From: an uncultured candidatus Porisulfidus sp.
GTDB lineage: Bacteria; Pseudomonadota; Gammaproteobacteria; Poriferisulfidales; Poriferisulfidaceae
DNA: 64,000 nt
Reading direction: 5' to 3'
Assembly: GCA_965204575.1 (NCBI GenBank)
Contig: OZ241993.1
Span: forward strand, 1,152,001-1,216,000
The notes under the pieces are model-generated. The model was given only the letters and a program-made list of their open reading frames with translations, did not search any database and was not told where the DNA came from. Made by a program: the position numbers and the translations under genes. Within the stretch, counting starts at the first letter, position 1. Each line of letters begins with the position of its first letter. This document shows, piece by piece, positions 8,590 through 18,818 of this stretch.

Positions 8590-9107
8590 GCAACCCAGCC
8601 CACGAGTGGATTTCCGCTTATCTGGATGACGAGCTCACGCCCGCGGAGCGGGCGCGCGGCAGCCGGGATCTGAGCCGGCAGCCGGAGGCACGCCGTCGCC
8701 TAGGCCGCTACCAGTTGATTGGCGACGCAATGCGCGATGACCTCCCGGACCATCTGGAGCTGGGACTCTCAGCGAGAATTCATCAGGAAATCGTCAGGGA
8801 AAGTTCTTCCCCCCCCAAGCACCACACCCTGCAGGAGGTGTGGCACTGGATCCGGCATCCGGCTCCGCTGGCGGTGTCCACCGGCATGCTGGCCACGCTG
8901 CTTGCGGCGGGGTTGTGGTTCTACACGCAGGAACCGGAGGTCGTCCCGGTGGTGATCGATGTCCCGGTCGACCAGATCGCGGAGGCTCCCGGAACTGAAA
9001 TCGACGCGAAAGAACATCAGCAGATCCTGAGTTACCTGACGGCTCACGCGGAGGTCGAGTCGCGGGCGCTGATGCCCTACGTCCAGTTGGTGGAATATGA
9101 CAGGTAA
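8586..9107 (+). CDS. rseA: Anti-sigma-E factor RseA/MucA
   Basis: ISAYLDDEL...RYQLIGDAMR, a single TM helix, and operon position. Confidence 0.88.
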   Translation: MSNPAHEWISAYLDDELTPAERARGSRDLSRQPEARRRLGRYQLIGDAMRDDLPDHLELGLSARIHQEIVRESSSPPKHHTLQEVWHWIRHPAPLAVSTGMLATLLAAGLWFYTQEPEVVPVVIDVPVDQIAEAPGTEIDAKEHQQILSYLTAHAEVESRALMPYVQLVEYDR

Positions 9108-9177
9108 AGCGACGCCATACGTTGCCGGGCGGCGGAGCCGCCGCGCTGAACTTTTGCCTTCGGGCGCTGTCTCTCTG

Positions 9178-10161
9178 ATGGGGGGGATTTGCCTGAAAGG
9201 CTCTAGGAGGCTCTTGCTGGTGACGATCTTGGCGACGCTGACCCCCCAAGTGTACGGCGAGGCGGATCCAGCGAGTTGGCTCGTTCGCGTTGATCAAGCA
9301 GCCGAACGAGCCAATTTTTCCGGCACGATGTCCCTGATCAAAGACGGCGAGACGCGCCGCACGATGAAGATCGAGCAGGGTTTCGACGGGCGGGACACGC
9401 ACCAGCGGCTGGTTTCGGTGTCCGGCGGGGAGGAATGCGAGATCCTGCGGCGCGGAGACGAATCCGCCGTGGTGTACCTCAAGCGGCAGGTGGTCATCCA
9501 CGGCTACCAGCGCCCGCGAATCCCGATCCCGAAGATCCGTCACGACCTCGACCGGCTGAAGCAGTACTACCGGCTCGAGACCGGCGGGCAGGAGGAAGTC
9601 GCCGGGCGGCCCTGTCAACTGGTCAAGGCGACTTCGCGTGACGGCTACCGCTACGGTTACGAATTCTATGTGGACACGGCTTCCGGGCTGCCGCTGCGGG
9701 TGCGGATGGTGACGCCGACGGGCGAGAAGATCGAGCAGTTCTCGTTCACCTCCCTCGACGTGAAGGATTCCATCCAGCAATTCGGTCCGAAAAGTTTCTG
9801 GCTGGAGACCGACACGCAGGGTTTCAAGATGGTCGCCCTGCCGTACGGTTCCGAGCTGGCTCCGCACGCGTGGCGAATCGAGAACCTGCCGCCGGGATTC
9901 GAGGAGCAGTTCGCGGTCATTCGGAAACTGCCGCTCAACCCGGAGCCGATCCACCACATCGTGCTGGCGGATGCGCTGTCCCGGATTTCGGTGTTCATTA
10001 CCCACCCCCCCGAAGGCATGCCTGAGAAAAGCTGGCACTTCTCGCGCAAGGCGCTCAACGGATACGTGACAATACGTGACGGCCACCACATCACCGTGAT
10101 CGGTGGCGTTCCCGCGGAAACCATCCGCATGATCGGCGATTCGCTCCACCTGGAGCACTAA
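9178..10161 (+). CDS. rseB: RseB/MucB periplasmic regulator
   Basis: VAGRPC, RDGYRYGY..YVD..SGLPLR, SRISVFI and ITVIGGVP. Start chosen at the signal-peptide Met. Confidence 0.88.
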   Translation: MGGICLKGSRRLLLVTILATLTPQVYGEADPASWLVRVDQAAERANFSGTMSLIKDGETRRTMKIEQGFDGRDTHQRLVSVSGGEECEILRRGDESAVVYLKRQVVIHGYQRPRIPIPKIRHDLDRLKQYYRLETGGQEEVAGRPCQLVKATSRDGYRYGYEFYVDTASGLPLRVRMVTPTGEKIEQFSFTSLDVKDSIQQFGPKSFWLETDTQGFKMVALPYGSELAPHAWRIENLPPGFEEQFAVIRKLPLNPEPIHHIVLADALSRISVFITHPPEGMPEKSWHFSRKALNGYVTIRDGHHITVIGGVPAETIRMIGDSLHLEH

Positions 10162-10191
10162 TGTTCTGGATTTGAAAGAAAAGGAGACCTG

Positions 10192-11613
10192 ATGCAACCA
10201 ACCTGGACCCCCAAGGCGCTTACTGTGGCGCTCGGCTTCGCGATGGCATTCACGCCGCTTCAGGCGCGCGAGTTGCCGGACTTCACCGACCTGATCGAGA
10301 AGAACGCGCCGGTCGTGGTCAACATCACCACGAGTCGCAATGTCGGGGGGTCCGCTTCCGGCAAGAATGCGCCGCAGCAGACTCCGGAGGACATGCCGGA
10401 CTTCTTCCGCCGGTTCTTCGAGCAGATGCCGGAGGGTCAGCAGCAGCGTCCCCCGCGGCAGCGGCGCCACGGCACCGGGTCCGGGATGATCTACTCCTCG
10501 GACGGCTACATCGTGACCAACCACCACGTGGTCGACGGGGCGGACGAGATCATCGTGAAGCTCAGCGACAAGCGGGAATTCGTGGCGGAGAAGGTGGGGT
10601 CCGACCCGCGCAGCGACCTGGCGTTGCTGAAGATCGACGCCGACGACCTGCCGACCGCGACGCTCGGCAACTCGGAGGAACTGAAAGTCGGGCAGTGGGT
10701 GCTGGCCATCGGCTCGCCGTTCGGTTTCGAGCATTCGGTGACCGCCGGCATCGTCAGCGCCAAGGGACGCAGCCTGCCGAGCGAGAACTACATCCCGTTC
10801 ATCCAGACCGACGTGGCCATCAATCCCGGCAATTCCGGTGGGCCGCTGTTCGACATGGACGGGCGCGTGGTCGGCATCAACGCGCAGATTTATACCCGCA
10901 CCGGCGGGTTCATGGGCCTGTCCTTCGCCATTCCAATCGACATGGTGTCGGAAGTGATCGCGCAGATCAAGAAAGACGGCCGCGTCGTGCGCGGCTGGCT
11001 TGGCGTGTACATCCAGGAGGTCACCCGCGACCTGGCTGAATCGTTCGGGCTGGATCGCCCGAAGGGCGCGATCATTGCCGAAATCACCGAGGACGGCCCG
11101 GCGGACGAGGCCGGACTGGAAGCCGGCGACATCGTCCTGGAGTTCAACGGGAAGGAAGTGGAGAGTTCCAGCGCGCTGCCGCCGATGGTCGGGCAGGTGA
11201 AGCCCGGCAAGACGGTCGAGGTCGAGATCCTTCGCGGCGGCGAGCGAAAGACGCTGGAAGTGACCCTGGGGCAGTTGCCGGACGACGGCGCGCCGATGGC
11301 GGTGCCGTCCGGGGATTCGGGGCCGTCGGAAGAAGAGGAGATCCTGGGCATGCGCCTGGAGGAGATTCCGGAAGACGTGCGCAAGAAGCACAATCTGGGC
11401 GAGGGCGGCATCCGGGTGAAGGAAGTGACCGGCGATCCGGCGCGCTCCGCGGGCATCCAGAAGGGTGACGTGATCCAGATGTTCGCCGGGGAGAAGATCG
11501 AGACGCTGGAGGACTTCAAGGAAGCGGCGGAGGACCTGGAGTCCGGGCAGCCGCAGCCGATCCTGGTGCAACGTCAGCAGGGTTCGCGGTGGTTGGCGCT
11601 GACGCCTGAATAG
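10192..11613 (+). CDS. degP: DegP/DegQ/MucD serine endoprotease
   Basis: TNHHV, DLALLK, IQTDVAINPGNSGGPL and two PDZ domains. Confidence 0.93.
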   Translation: MQPTWTPKALTVALGFAMAFTPLQARELPDFTDLIEKNAPVVVNITTSRNVGGSASGKNAPQQTPEDMPDFFRRFFEQMPEGQQQRPPRQRRHGTGSGMIYSSDGYIVTNHHVVDGADEIIVKLSDKREFVAEKVGSDPRSDLALLKIDADDLPTATLGNSEELKVGQWVLAIGSPFGFEHSVTAGIVSAKGRSLPSENYIPFIQTDVAINPGNSGGPLFDMDGRVVGINAQIYTRTGGFMGLSFAIPIDMVSEVIAQIKKDGRVVRGWLGVYIQEVTRDLAESFGLDRPKGAIIAEITEDGPADEAGLEAGDIVLEFNGKEVESSSALPPMVGQVKPGKTVEVEILRGGERKTLEVTLGQLPDDGAPMAVPSGDSGPSEEEEILGMRLEEIPEDVRKKHNLGEGGIRVKEVTGDPARSAGIQKGDVIQMFAGEKIETLEDFKEAAEDLESGQPQPILVQRQQGSRWLALTPE

Positions 11614-11812
11614 GGGATCGAGGCACGGCGCAGGAGAGAGTCCCGGGGGGCTCGAAAACCCGTCCGGGCGGGTGTCTGGCGGCGCGAGCAGGACGCTGGA
11701 CGGCCGTGCTACAATCGCTTTCAATGCCTTCCGGACATGGAAGTTCCGAGGGATTGATCGAAACACTCAAGGTTGGAATAAATTAAGGCTGACCGACCGG
11801 TAAGGAATCATC

Positions 11813-12136
11813 ATGATGATTGATGCAGGCGTACTCCAGATCGTTGCGGTGGTGGCGATTCTGGGTTTCATGTGGACGCTTCACCGTGACGTCAGCAACT
11901 TGCGCAAAGAGGTCGGCAAGGATATTGCCGAAGTTCGCAAGGACATGGCGGATCTTCGCCAGGAAGTCGGCCGGGACATCTCTGAAGTCCGTAAGGACAT
12001 GGCGGATCTTCGCCAGGAAGTCAACCGGGACACCTTTGAAATCCGTAAGGACATGGCGGGTCTCCGCGAGCGCCTGGTCAGGGTGGAAGGCCTGTTGGAG
12101 AGTTTTGTCGGCCGTCCGCCTGAACCGCAGTCCTGA
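11813..12136 (+). CDS. Small membrane-anchored coiled-coil protein with 18-aa repeats (paralog of 2815..3123)
   Basis: TM helix, LHRDVSNLR, three LRQEVGRDISEVRKDMAD-like repeats and LRERLVRVEG. Confidence 0.8.
   Translation: MMIDAGVLQIVAVVAILGFMWTLHRDVSNLRKEVGKDIAEVRKDMADLRQEVGRDISEVRKDMADLRQEVNRDTFEIRKDMAGLRERLVRVEGLLESFVGRPPEPQS
11900..12061 (+). repeat. Three 54-nt tandem repeats (coding)
   Basis: aaggacatggcggatcttcgccaggaagtc occurs exactly twice at 54-nt spacing, with a third aaggacatggcgg copy. Confidence 0.85.
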
Positions 12137-12192
12137 TCGGATTATTTTCGTGGGCCACCCTCGTCCGTGAGGGCATGCGCCATGGGGAAGTT

Positions 12193-14010
12193 TCAGGGAA
12201 GGTCGTTGATGACCTTGAGAAACGGTTCCGAAAAATCCCTGAGTTTGACCGCTCCGACTCCATTTATCCGCGAAAACTCCTCAATGGTGCGGGGTCGCTG
12301 TTGCGCCATTTCGAAAAGCGTCCGATCCGGGAAAATGACGAAGGCGGGTACGCCCCGCTCCTTGGCAAGCTGTAATCGCAGCGACTTCAGGGCGTTCATC
12401 AAAGCCGCCTGGCTGTCGCTCAGGACCGGCCCTGGCGCTGCGTCGCGGGATCTCTTCGATGGAGCGCGAAGAGGGGCGAGAGTATCCATCCGGTACAGGA
12501 AGATGCCGTCTCCGCGCATCAGCGCACGGCCTTTCCCGGTCGTGGCGAGCCCGCCGTAGCCGGCGATATCCAGGCGCAGGAATCCGGTCGCGACCATTTG
12601 CCGGATCAGGCCGCGCCATTCATTCTTTCCGCGTCCCGCGCCGACTCCGAAGGCGGGGAGTTCGTCATGGCCCCATTGCGTAATCTTTTCGGTGGCGGTC
12701 CCCTGCAGGATATCAATGACGTGTGCCGAACCGAACCGCTCGCCGGAACCGGAGACTGTGGCCAGGATGTTTTGGGCGTCTTCGGTGCCGTCGATGCGCT
12801 CCGATGGGTTGAGGCAGACGTCGCAGTTGCCGCAGTGTTCAGTCTTTTCTCCGAAATAGTCCAGCAACGTCGTCCGGCGGCATTCCGGGGCTTCGCAGTA
12901 GCCGAGCAGGGCGTCGAGGCGCTTGTGCTCGCGCCGCTTGCGCTCGTCGCTGGCATCCTCATCCTCGATGAATTTCCGGCGCATCCGGATGTCGGACAGG
13001 CCGTAGAGCATGTGGGCTTCCGCTGGCGCACCGTCGCGCCCGGCGCGGCCGATTTCCTGGTAGTAGGCTTCGATGCTGCCCGGCAGGTCCACATGGAAGA
13101 CGAATCGCACATCGGCCTTGTCAATCCCCATCCCGAAGGCGATGGTCGCGACCATGACGACGCCGGGGTCGGTCATGAAGGTGTTCTGGTGGGCCTCTCG
13201 GTCTTCCTTCTCCATGCCGGCATGGTAGGGAAGAGCCCTGGTCCCGCCTGCGGTGAGGAACGCCGCGGTCTCCTCGGTCTTTTTGCGTGACAGGCAGTAG
13301 ACGATCCCGCTTTTCCCCTTGTGGCGAGCCATGAAGTTCATCAACTGCGACTTCCAGCCTTGCTTCATTTCCACGGTCAGCCGGATGTTCGGGCGGTCGA
13401 ATCCCAGCACGAAACTTTCCACCTTGCCGTCGAACAGGCGTTCGACGATGTCCTCGCGGGTCACTGCGTCGGCGGTTGCGGTCAGGGCGACGACCGGAAC
13501 GTCGGGGAAAAGTTGCCGGAGCCGGCAGAGTGCCTCGTATTCGGGCCGGAACGATGGCCCCCACTGCGAGATGCAATGCGCCTCGTCGATGGCGAACAGC
13601 CGAACCGGCAGGCGGCCCAGTGCCGCGAGCATCCGTTCGGTCATCAGCCGTTCGGGTGCCATGTAGAGGATCCGGGTCTTGCCCTCCGTCACCCGGCGCC
13701 ATGCGGCGACGTTGTCGGGCCGAGGCGCGGAGGAATTGATGCTGTCTGCTGCAACCCCCGCCAGTTGCAGGGCCGCGACCTGGTCCTGCATCAGGGCGAT
13801 CAGCGGGGACACGACGACAGTGAGGCCGTCGAGGATCAGGGCGGGCACCTGGAAGCACAGGGACTTGCCTGACCCGGTGGGCATCACGGTGAGGGCGTTG
13901 CGGCCCGCGAGCAGGGTCTGGATGGCGGCTTCCTGTCCGGGGCGGAATGAATCGAATCCGAAAGTTTCCCGGAGCGTGCGCCGGATATCGGTTGCGGAGG
14001 TGGGGGGCAT
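12193..14010 (-). CDS. recQ: ATP-dependent DNA helicase RecQ
   Basis: MPTGSGKS, DEAHCISQWG, ATIAFGMGIDK, YYQEIGRAGRDG, a zinc site and an HRDC domain. Confidence 0.96.
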   Translation of the reverse strand: MPPTSATDIRRTLRETFGFDSFRPGQEAAIQTLLAGRNALTVMPTGSGKSLCFQVPALILDGLTVVVSPLIALMQDQVAALQLAGVAADSINSSAPRPDNVAAWRRVTEGKTRILYMAPERLMTERMLAALGRLPVRLFAIDEAHCISQWGPSFRPEYEALCRLRQLFPDVPVVALTATADAVTREDIVERLFDGKVESFVLGFDRPNIRLTVEMKQGWKSQLMNFMARHKGKSGIVYCLSRKKTEETAAFLTAGGTRALPYHAGMEKEDREAHQNTFMTDPGVVMVATIAFGMGIDKADVRFVFHVDLPGSIEAYYQEIGRAGRDGAPAEAHMLYGLSDIRMRRKFIEDEDASDERKRREHKRLDALLGYCEAPECRRTTLLDYFGEKTEHCGNCDVCLNPSERIDGTEDAQNILATVSGSGERFGSAHVIDILQGTATEKITQWGHDELPAFGVGAGRGKNEWRGLIRQMVATGFLRLDIAGYGGLATTGKGRALMRGDGIFLYRMDTLAPLRAPSKRSRDAAPGPVLSDSQAALMNALKSLRLQLAKERGVPAFVIFPDRTLFEMAQQRPRTIEEFSRINGVGAVKLRDFSEPFLKVINDLP

Positions 14011-14288
14011 TCAGTCGGCGGGCGGGCAGGTCGATTCGGAGGGGTTTCGCGGGCATCGGGGGGAAGGGTCACCCGGGTGTCGTCAAGAACGGCATTCGGG
14101 GCCCCAGCGATGCCGGGCATCGGTTCTCGTTGTGGGTGCAGGATTGTAGCCGATGCGGGCCAGCCGGGTTTTGGCGGAACGGAGGCAGGCGGGAACCGCG
14201 CTTCTTTTGGGAGTTTGCGTTTGCCGACGGGGCTTCGCTGGTCGAGGGATAGACCCGCAGGTCTTGGCGCAGCAGACTCTTTACCGGG

Positions 14289-15461
14289 CTACCTGCTGCG
14301 AAGCTTCTCCATCAGTCCCGGCAGGGAGATCACGGTCGTATGTTTTTCGATGGGGAATTCGTCGTTGCCGCCATAGACGATGAATTTCCGGTGGGGCTTG
14401 ATGTCTTCGCAAGCCTGGTGGAAGCGGGCCCGAATCTTTGGAGTGAGTCCATGCTTGATCTCGACTGCCCACAGCTCCATGGCCGAGAGTTCGAGGGCCA
14501 AGTCGATCTCCGTGCCGTTGGAGGTGCGGTAGTAGTAGGGCTGGGCATCGGCGGGGAGGACCGAGAGGAGGTTCTCGATCGCGAAGCCTTCCCAGCTTTT
14601 CCCGAGGACCGGGTGAGAGAGCAATGCGTCGTGGTCCGCAATACCGAGCAGTTGGTGCAGGACGCCCGAATCCCGGACGTAGAGGCGGGGGGACTTGACG
14701 AGCCGCTTTTTCACGTTCGCATGCCAGGGCTCCATCCGCCGGACCAGCAGCAGGTCGACGAGGATGTCTAGGTAGTGCGAGATGGTCTTGCCGTCGACTT
14801 CCAGGTTGCCGCCCAGTTTCGAGTGGTTCACGGCCGTGCCCTGGAGATGGGCCAGCATGGTCCAAAGCCGCCTCAGCCGGGCTGCGGGGACCCGGAACCC
14901 GATCTGCGGGATGTCCCGCTCCAGGTAGGTCCGGACCAGCATCTCCAGCCATTTCATGCTTTCGGAATCCGAAGATTCCAAGTAACTGCACGGGAATCCT
15001 CCCCTCAACCATAGTTTACGGATATCCTCTGGCTTGGAATGGGGTGTTTCCAAGAGGTTCAGGCCGTTCATCTCGATGTAGCGGATGCGTCCTGCAAGAC
15101 TCTCCGAGGACTGGCGCAGCAAGTCCATGGACGCGGAGCCGAGGAGCAGGAACTGCCTCCCTTTCCTGCCGGCCTGGCGGTTTTCATCGATCAGCCCGCG
15201 CAGGGTTCCGAACAGGTCGGGGGCATGCTGGACTTCGTCCAGAATGATCAACTTGTCGCGGTGCTTGCGCAGGAAGGACAGGGGGTCGCGGAGTTTCAGC
15301 AGGTCGCCCGGCGATTCCAGGTCCAGGTAGATGGAACGGCAGGTTTTGCCGACTGCCTTTGCCAGCGTGGTTTTTCCGACCTGGCGCGCGCCGAGCAGCA
15401 CGACCGCGGGGACATGCTCAATGGCGGCCTCAAGCCTTTCGGTGATCATTCGCTTCAACAT
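14289..15461 (-). CDS. AAA-family ATPase with DUF4143 C-terminus
   Basis: GARQVGKTT, LDEVQ, SESLAGR, RGGFP, KSPRLYVRDSG, SWEGF and EID...VEIK. Confidence 0.9.
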   Translation of the reverse strand: MLKRMITERLEAAIEHVPAVVLLGARQVGKTTLAKAVGKTCRSIYLDLESPGDLLKLRDPLSFLRKHRDKLIILDEVQHAPDLFGTLRGLIDENRQAGRKGRQFLLLGSASMDLLRQSSESLAGRIRYIEMNGLNLLETPHSKPEDIRKLWLRGGFPCSYLESSDSESMKWLEMLVRTYLERDIPQIGFRVPAARLRRLWTMLAHLQGTAVNHSKLGGNLEVDGKTISHYLDILVDLLLVRRMEPWHANVKKRLVKSPRLYVRDSGVLHQLLGIADHDALLSHPVLGKSWEGFAIENLLSVLPADAQPYYYRTSNGTEIDLALELSAMELWAVEIKHGLTPKIRARFHQACEDIKPHRKFIVYGGNDEFPIEKHTTVISLPGLMEKLRSR

Positions 15462-15468
15462 AGTATGT

Positions 15469-15497
15469 ATTTTAGGAGGTAGACTCCGAAATTGCAA
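15469..15497 (-). promoter_or_regulatory. Sigma70 promoter TTGCAA-N17-TAAAAT, probably leaderless, with a dyad in the spacer
   Basis: The minus strand reads TTGCAA tttcggagtctacctcc TAAAAT acatact ATG. Confidence 0.6.
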
Positions 15498-15595
15498 CAT
15501 TTGTTCCGGGGCTTTTCAAACCCGGTCGACTTCTGGTTCCCGAAATCTTCGGGACCGTTTATCTGCGACCTGTCGACCCGTGCCGACGGGAGGGT

Positions 15596-15724
15596 TTATT
15601 TTTTGGGTGGCGGAGGTGGCGGCGGAGGCGGTTTGATGGCGTTCGGGGGCTTCGGCGTCACGCCGCGGATCTCCCCTTCTCTGCTATTGGGTGCTTTGCT
15701 TGGAGTCGGTGATCTTGACTTCAT
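15596..15724 (-). CDS. 42-aa proline-rich micropeptide
   Basis: MKSRSPTPSKAPNSREGEIRGVTPKPPNAIKPPPPPPPPPKK with a GGAG RBS. The Pro9 run uses mixed synonymous codons. Confidence 0.5.
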   Translation of the reverse strand: MKSRSPTPSKAPNSREGEIRGVTPKPPNAIKPPPPPPPPPKK

Positions 15725-15959
15725 GATTTCTCCGAGTTGTTTTTGCCGGAGAGCATGGCAAAAATTCTATCATTTACACCTCCGGTGCGGGAGCCGGATT
15801 GCAATACGGGATACGGGTTAGTCGGTATTGATGCTCCACATTAATCCGGGCATTGCAGTAAAATTAGTCACCTGCATTTTTACTCCTTTTCCATGTTTGT
15901 GTCCCTGCTGCTGATCCCCGCACATTGTTTGTCGCTTGGCTCTGACAGATTTCTAAACT

Positions 15960-17768
15960 GTGTCTGATACTTTCCCGATGGAGAAGATCCGAAACTTCTC
16001 CATCATTGCGCATATTGACCACGGCAAGTCCACGCTGGCGGACCGCTTCATCGAATTGTGCGGCGCACTGAGCGACCGCGAGATGAGCGACCAGGTCTTG
16101 GACAACATGGATCTGGAGCGAGAACGTGGCATTACCATCAAGGCGCGCAGCGTAACCTTGCACTACCAGGCGCAGGACGGTGAAACCTATCGCCTGAACC
16201 TGATCGACACGCCCGGACACGTGGATTTCTCTTATGAAGTCTCAAGGTCGCTTGCGGCCTGCGAGGGCGGGCTGCTGGTGGTGGATGCGTCACAGGGGGT
16301 TGAGGCGCAGACCGTGGCCAACTGCTACAACGCGATTGAGCAGGATCTGGTGATCCTGCCGGTGCTGAACAAGATGGATTTGCCGCAGGCGGATTCGGTG
16401 CGGGCCTGCGAGGAAATTGAGGACATCATCGGGCTGGATGCGACGGATGCAGTGCAGATCAGCGCGAAGACCGGGCTGAACGTGAAAGAGGTGCTGGAGC
16501 GGGTGGTGCGAGACGTGCCGCCGCCGGACGGGGATCCCGAAGGGCCGCTGAAGGCGCTGATCGTCGATTCTTGGTTCGACAGTCATGTGGGCGTGGTGTC
16601 GTTGGTGCGGGTGTTTTCAGGGAAATTGAAGAAAGGGGACAAGATCCAGGTGATGTCGACCGGTCAGACGCGGCGAGTGGATTCCGTGGGGTGGTATACC
16701 CCAAATCCGGAGAGCAGCGAGGAACTCGGCTGCGGGCAGGTCGGGTTCGTGATGGCGGGCATTCGCGACATTGAGGGAGCGCCGGTAGGGGATACGATCA
16801 CGCTGGCGAGCAAAGGCGCCGAGGAGGCGCTGCCGGGGTTCCGGGAAGTGCAGCCGAAGGTGTTCGCGGGCCTGTTCCCGGTGGATGCCGATGATTACGA
16901 GCAGTTGCGGGATGCGCTGGCGAAGCTGAGACTGAATGATGCGTCGTTCAGCCATGAGCCGGAGACCTCCAAGGCACTGGGATTCGGATTTCGGTGCGGG
17001 TTTTTGGGGTTATTGCACATGGAGATCGTGCAGGAGCGGCTGGAGCGGGAATATCGGCTGAATCTGATTTCCACGGCACCGACGGTGGCTTGCCAGGTGA
17101 TGCTGAATTCAGGAGAGATGCTTGAGACCGGCAATCCCAGCATGCTGCCGGAGCCGCATGAGATCGAGGAGATCCGCGAGCCTTATATCGAGGCGCACAT
17201 CCTGGTGCCGCAGGAGCATGTCGGTGCAGTGATTACGCTGTGCGAGGAGCGACGCGGACGACAGAAACGCCTGCAATACTCGCGCAACCAGGTCAACCTG
17301 GAATATATGCTGCCGCTGTCCGAGACGGTGACGGACTTCTACGACAAGCTGAAGTCGGTCAGCCGGGGTTATGCGTCATTTGATTACCAGTTGTCTCATT
17401 TCGAGGCGGCACCGCTGGTGAAGTTGGATCTTCTGATTAATGGAGAACGGGTGGATGCGCTGTCAGTCATCGTTCATCAATCCCGGTCGATGTCGCTGGG
17501 GCGGGACCTGACGGTGCGGATGAAGGACCTGATTCCCCGGCAGATGTTCGATGTCGCAATCCAGGCGGCGATTGGCTCGCGCATCATCGCGCGCACTACC
17601 ACTAAGGCCCTGCGCAAGAATGTCACGGCAAAATGCTATGGTGGGGACGTGACCCGCAAGCGTAAGCTGCTGGAGAAGCAGAAGGCAGGGAAAAAGCGCA
17701 TGAAGCGGGTCGGCAACGTGGACATTCCTCAGGAGGCGTTTATGGCAATCCTGAAGTTGGAGCCGTGA
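15960..17768 (+). CDS. lepA: Elongation factor 4
   Basis: [22 protein letters not shown] and [18 protein letters not shown]. Confidence 0.98.
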   Translation: MSDTFPMEKIRNFSIIAHIDHGKSTLADRFIELCGALSDREMSDQVLDNMDLERERGITIKARSVTLHYQAQDGETYRLNLIDTPGHVDFSYEVSRSLAACEGGLLVVDASQGVEAQTVANCYNAIEQDLVILPVLNKMDLPQADSVRACEEIEDIIGLDATDAVQISAKTGLNVKEVLERVVRDVPPPDGDPEGPLKALIVDSWFDSHVGVVSLVRVFSGKLKKGDKIQVMSTGQTRRVDSVGWYTPNPESSEELGCGQVGFVMAGIRDIEGAPVGDTITLASKGAEEALPGFREVQPKVFAGLFPVDADDYEQLRDALAKLRLNDASFSHEPETSKALGFGFRCGFLGLLHMEIVQERLEREYRLNLISTAPTVACQVMLNSGEMLETGNPSMLPEPHEIEEIREPYIEAHILVPQEHVGAVITLCEERRGRQKRLQYSRNQVNLEYMLPLSETVTDFYDKLKSVSRGYASFDYQLSHFEAAPLVKLDLLINGERVDALSVIVHQSRSMSLGRDLTVRMKDLIPRQMFDVAIQAAIGSRIIARTTTKALRKNVTAKCYGGDVTRKRKLLEKQKAGKKRMKRVGNVDIPQEAFMAILKLEP

Positions 17769-18670
17769 AACGGGTCGGGGTTGTTTTTGTTCTGATGTTG
17801 CTGGCTTCGCCGGCCGCGGCTCAGGTTCTCACGGTCACGTTGCTGGGCACCGGCACGCCGAGGCCGAATATCGAACACTTCAGCCAGGCGATCCTAGTCG
17901 AGGCAGGCGATACCAAGTTGCTGTTCGATGCCGGGCGCGGTGCCGCGATGCGGCTGCACCAGATCGGGGTTTCCAGCGACCAGATCGACAAGGTGTTCCT
18001 GACGCACTTGCACTACGACCATATTGTTGGACTGGATGATGTCTGGTTGACGGCTCGCCTGTGGCAGCGCGCGGAGCCTCTGGAGGTGCTCGGGCCGACA
18101 GGAACCAAGGATTTCGTAGATCACTTGCGCCAGGCTTACGAGGCAGATCACCATGTAAGGCGGCGGCAGAGCGGACTGGCGATGGATTTAGGGGATCTTT
18201 GGGCGAAGGAAGTGGAGCCCGGTGTGGTCCACTTGGACGGAGACCTGAAAGTGACTGCTATTGCGGTGGATCATGGGGAAGTCAAGCCGGCATTCGGCTA
18301 CCGGGTGGATTACGGCAAGCGCAGCGTGGTGATCTCCGGGGATACGACTTACGAGTCGAATCTGGTCACATGGGGGAAGGGTGCCGACGTGGTGATTCAC
18401 GAAGTGATGATGACGAGCGAGGGTCTTCTGAAAAGGAATCCCCGCCTGCAGAAGGTGCAGAAATCTCACTCAAGCCCGAAGCAGGCCGGGCAGATCCTAG
18501 CGCAGATCAGGCCGAGACTGGGTATCTTGGTTCACATGCTGAGGTTCGGGGTGACCGAGGCGCAGATACTGGAGGAACTGGGCAAGCACTACAAGGGAGA
18601 TGTGAGGGTCGGGGAGGATTTGATGGCGGTGGATATTGGAGATTCCGTGTACGTGTATCAGCGGCGTTGA
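17765..18670 (+). CDS. Secreted MBL-fold metallohydrolase (RNase Z/AtsA-like)
   Basis: Signal peptide, LLGTGTP, THLHYDH, VISGDT and SHS motifs. Confidence 0.85.
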   Translation: MKRVGVVFVLMLLASPAAAQVLTVTLLGTGTPRPNIEHFSQAILVEAGDTKLLFDAGRGAAMRLHQIGVSSDQIDKVFLTHLHYDHIVGLDDVWLTARLWQRAEPLEVLGPTGTKDFVDHLRQAYEADHHVRRRQSGLAMDLGDLWAKEVEPGVVHLDGDLKVTAIAVDHGEVKPAFGYRVDYGKRSVVISGDTTYESNLVTWGKGADVVIHEVMMTSEGLLKRNPRLQKVQKSHSSPKQAGQILAQIRPRLGILVHMLRFGVTEAQILEELGKHYKGDVRVGEDLMAVDIGDSVYVYQRR

Positions 18671-18818
18671 GATTTGCTGGTGTTTGTAAATTTTTCTCTA
18701 GTAATCACATCAATTAGCGACTTTGTCGTCTGATATAGTTCGCAGTTCGAGCTTAGATTAATTCCTAGCGCTTTGAAGTTCGCTAGATCAAACCCTACAA
18801 GTTAGCAGGGGAAAACCC

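Noticed and set aside
8794-11766. 990-aa minus-strand ORF and other long antisense ORFs (e.g. 4345..6348, 49574..51310, 59621..61234)
   Set aside because: They are shadow frames of well-supported genes in high-GC DNA and have no recognisable motifs.
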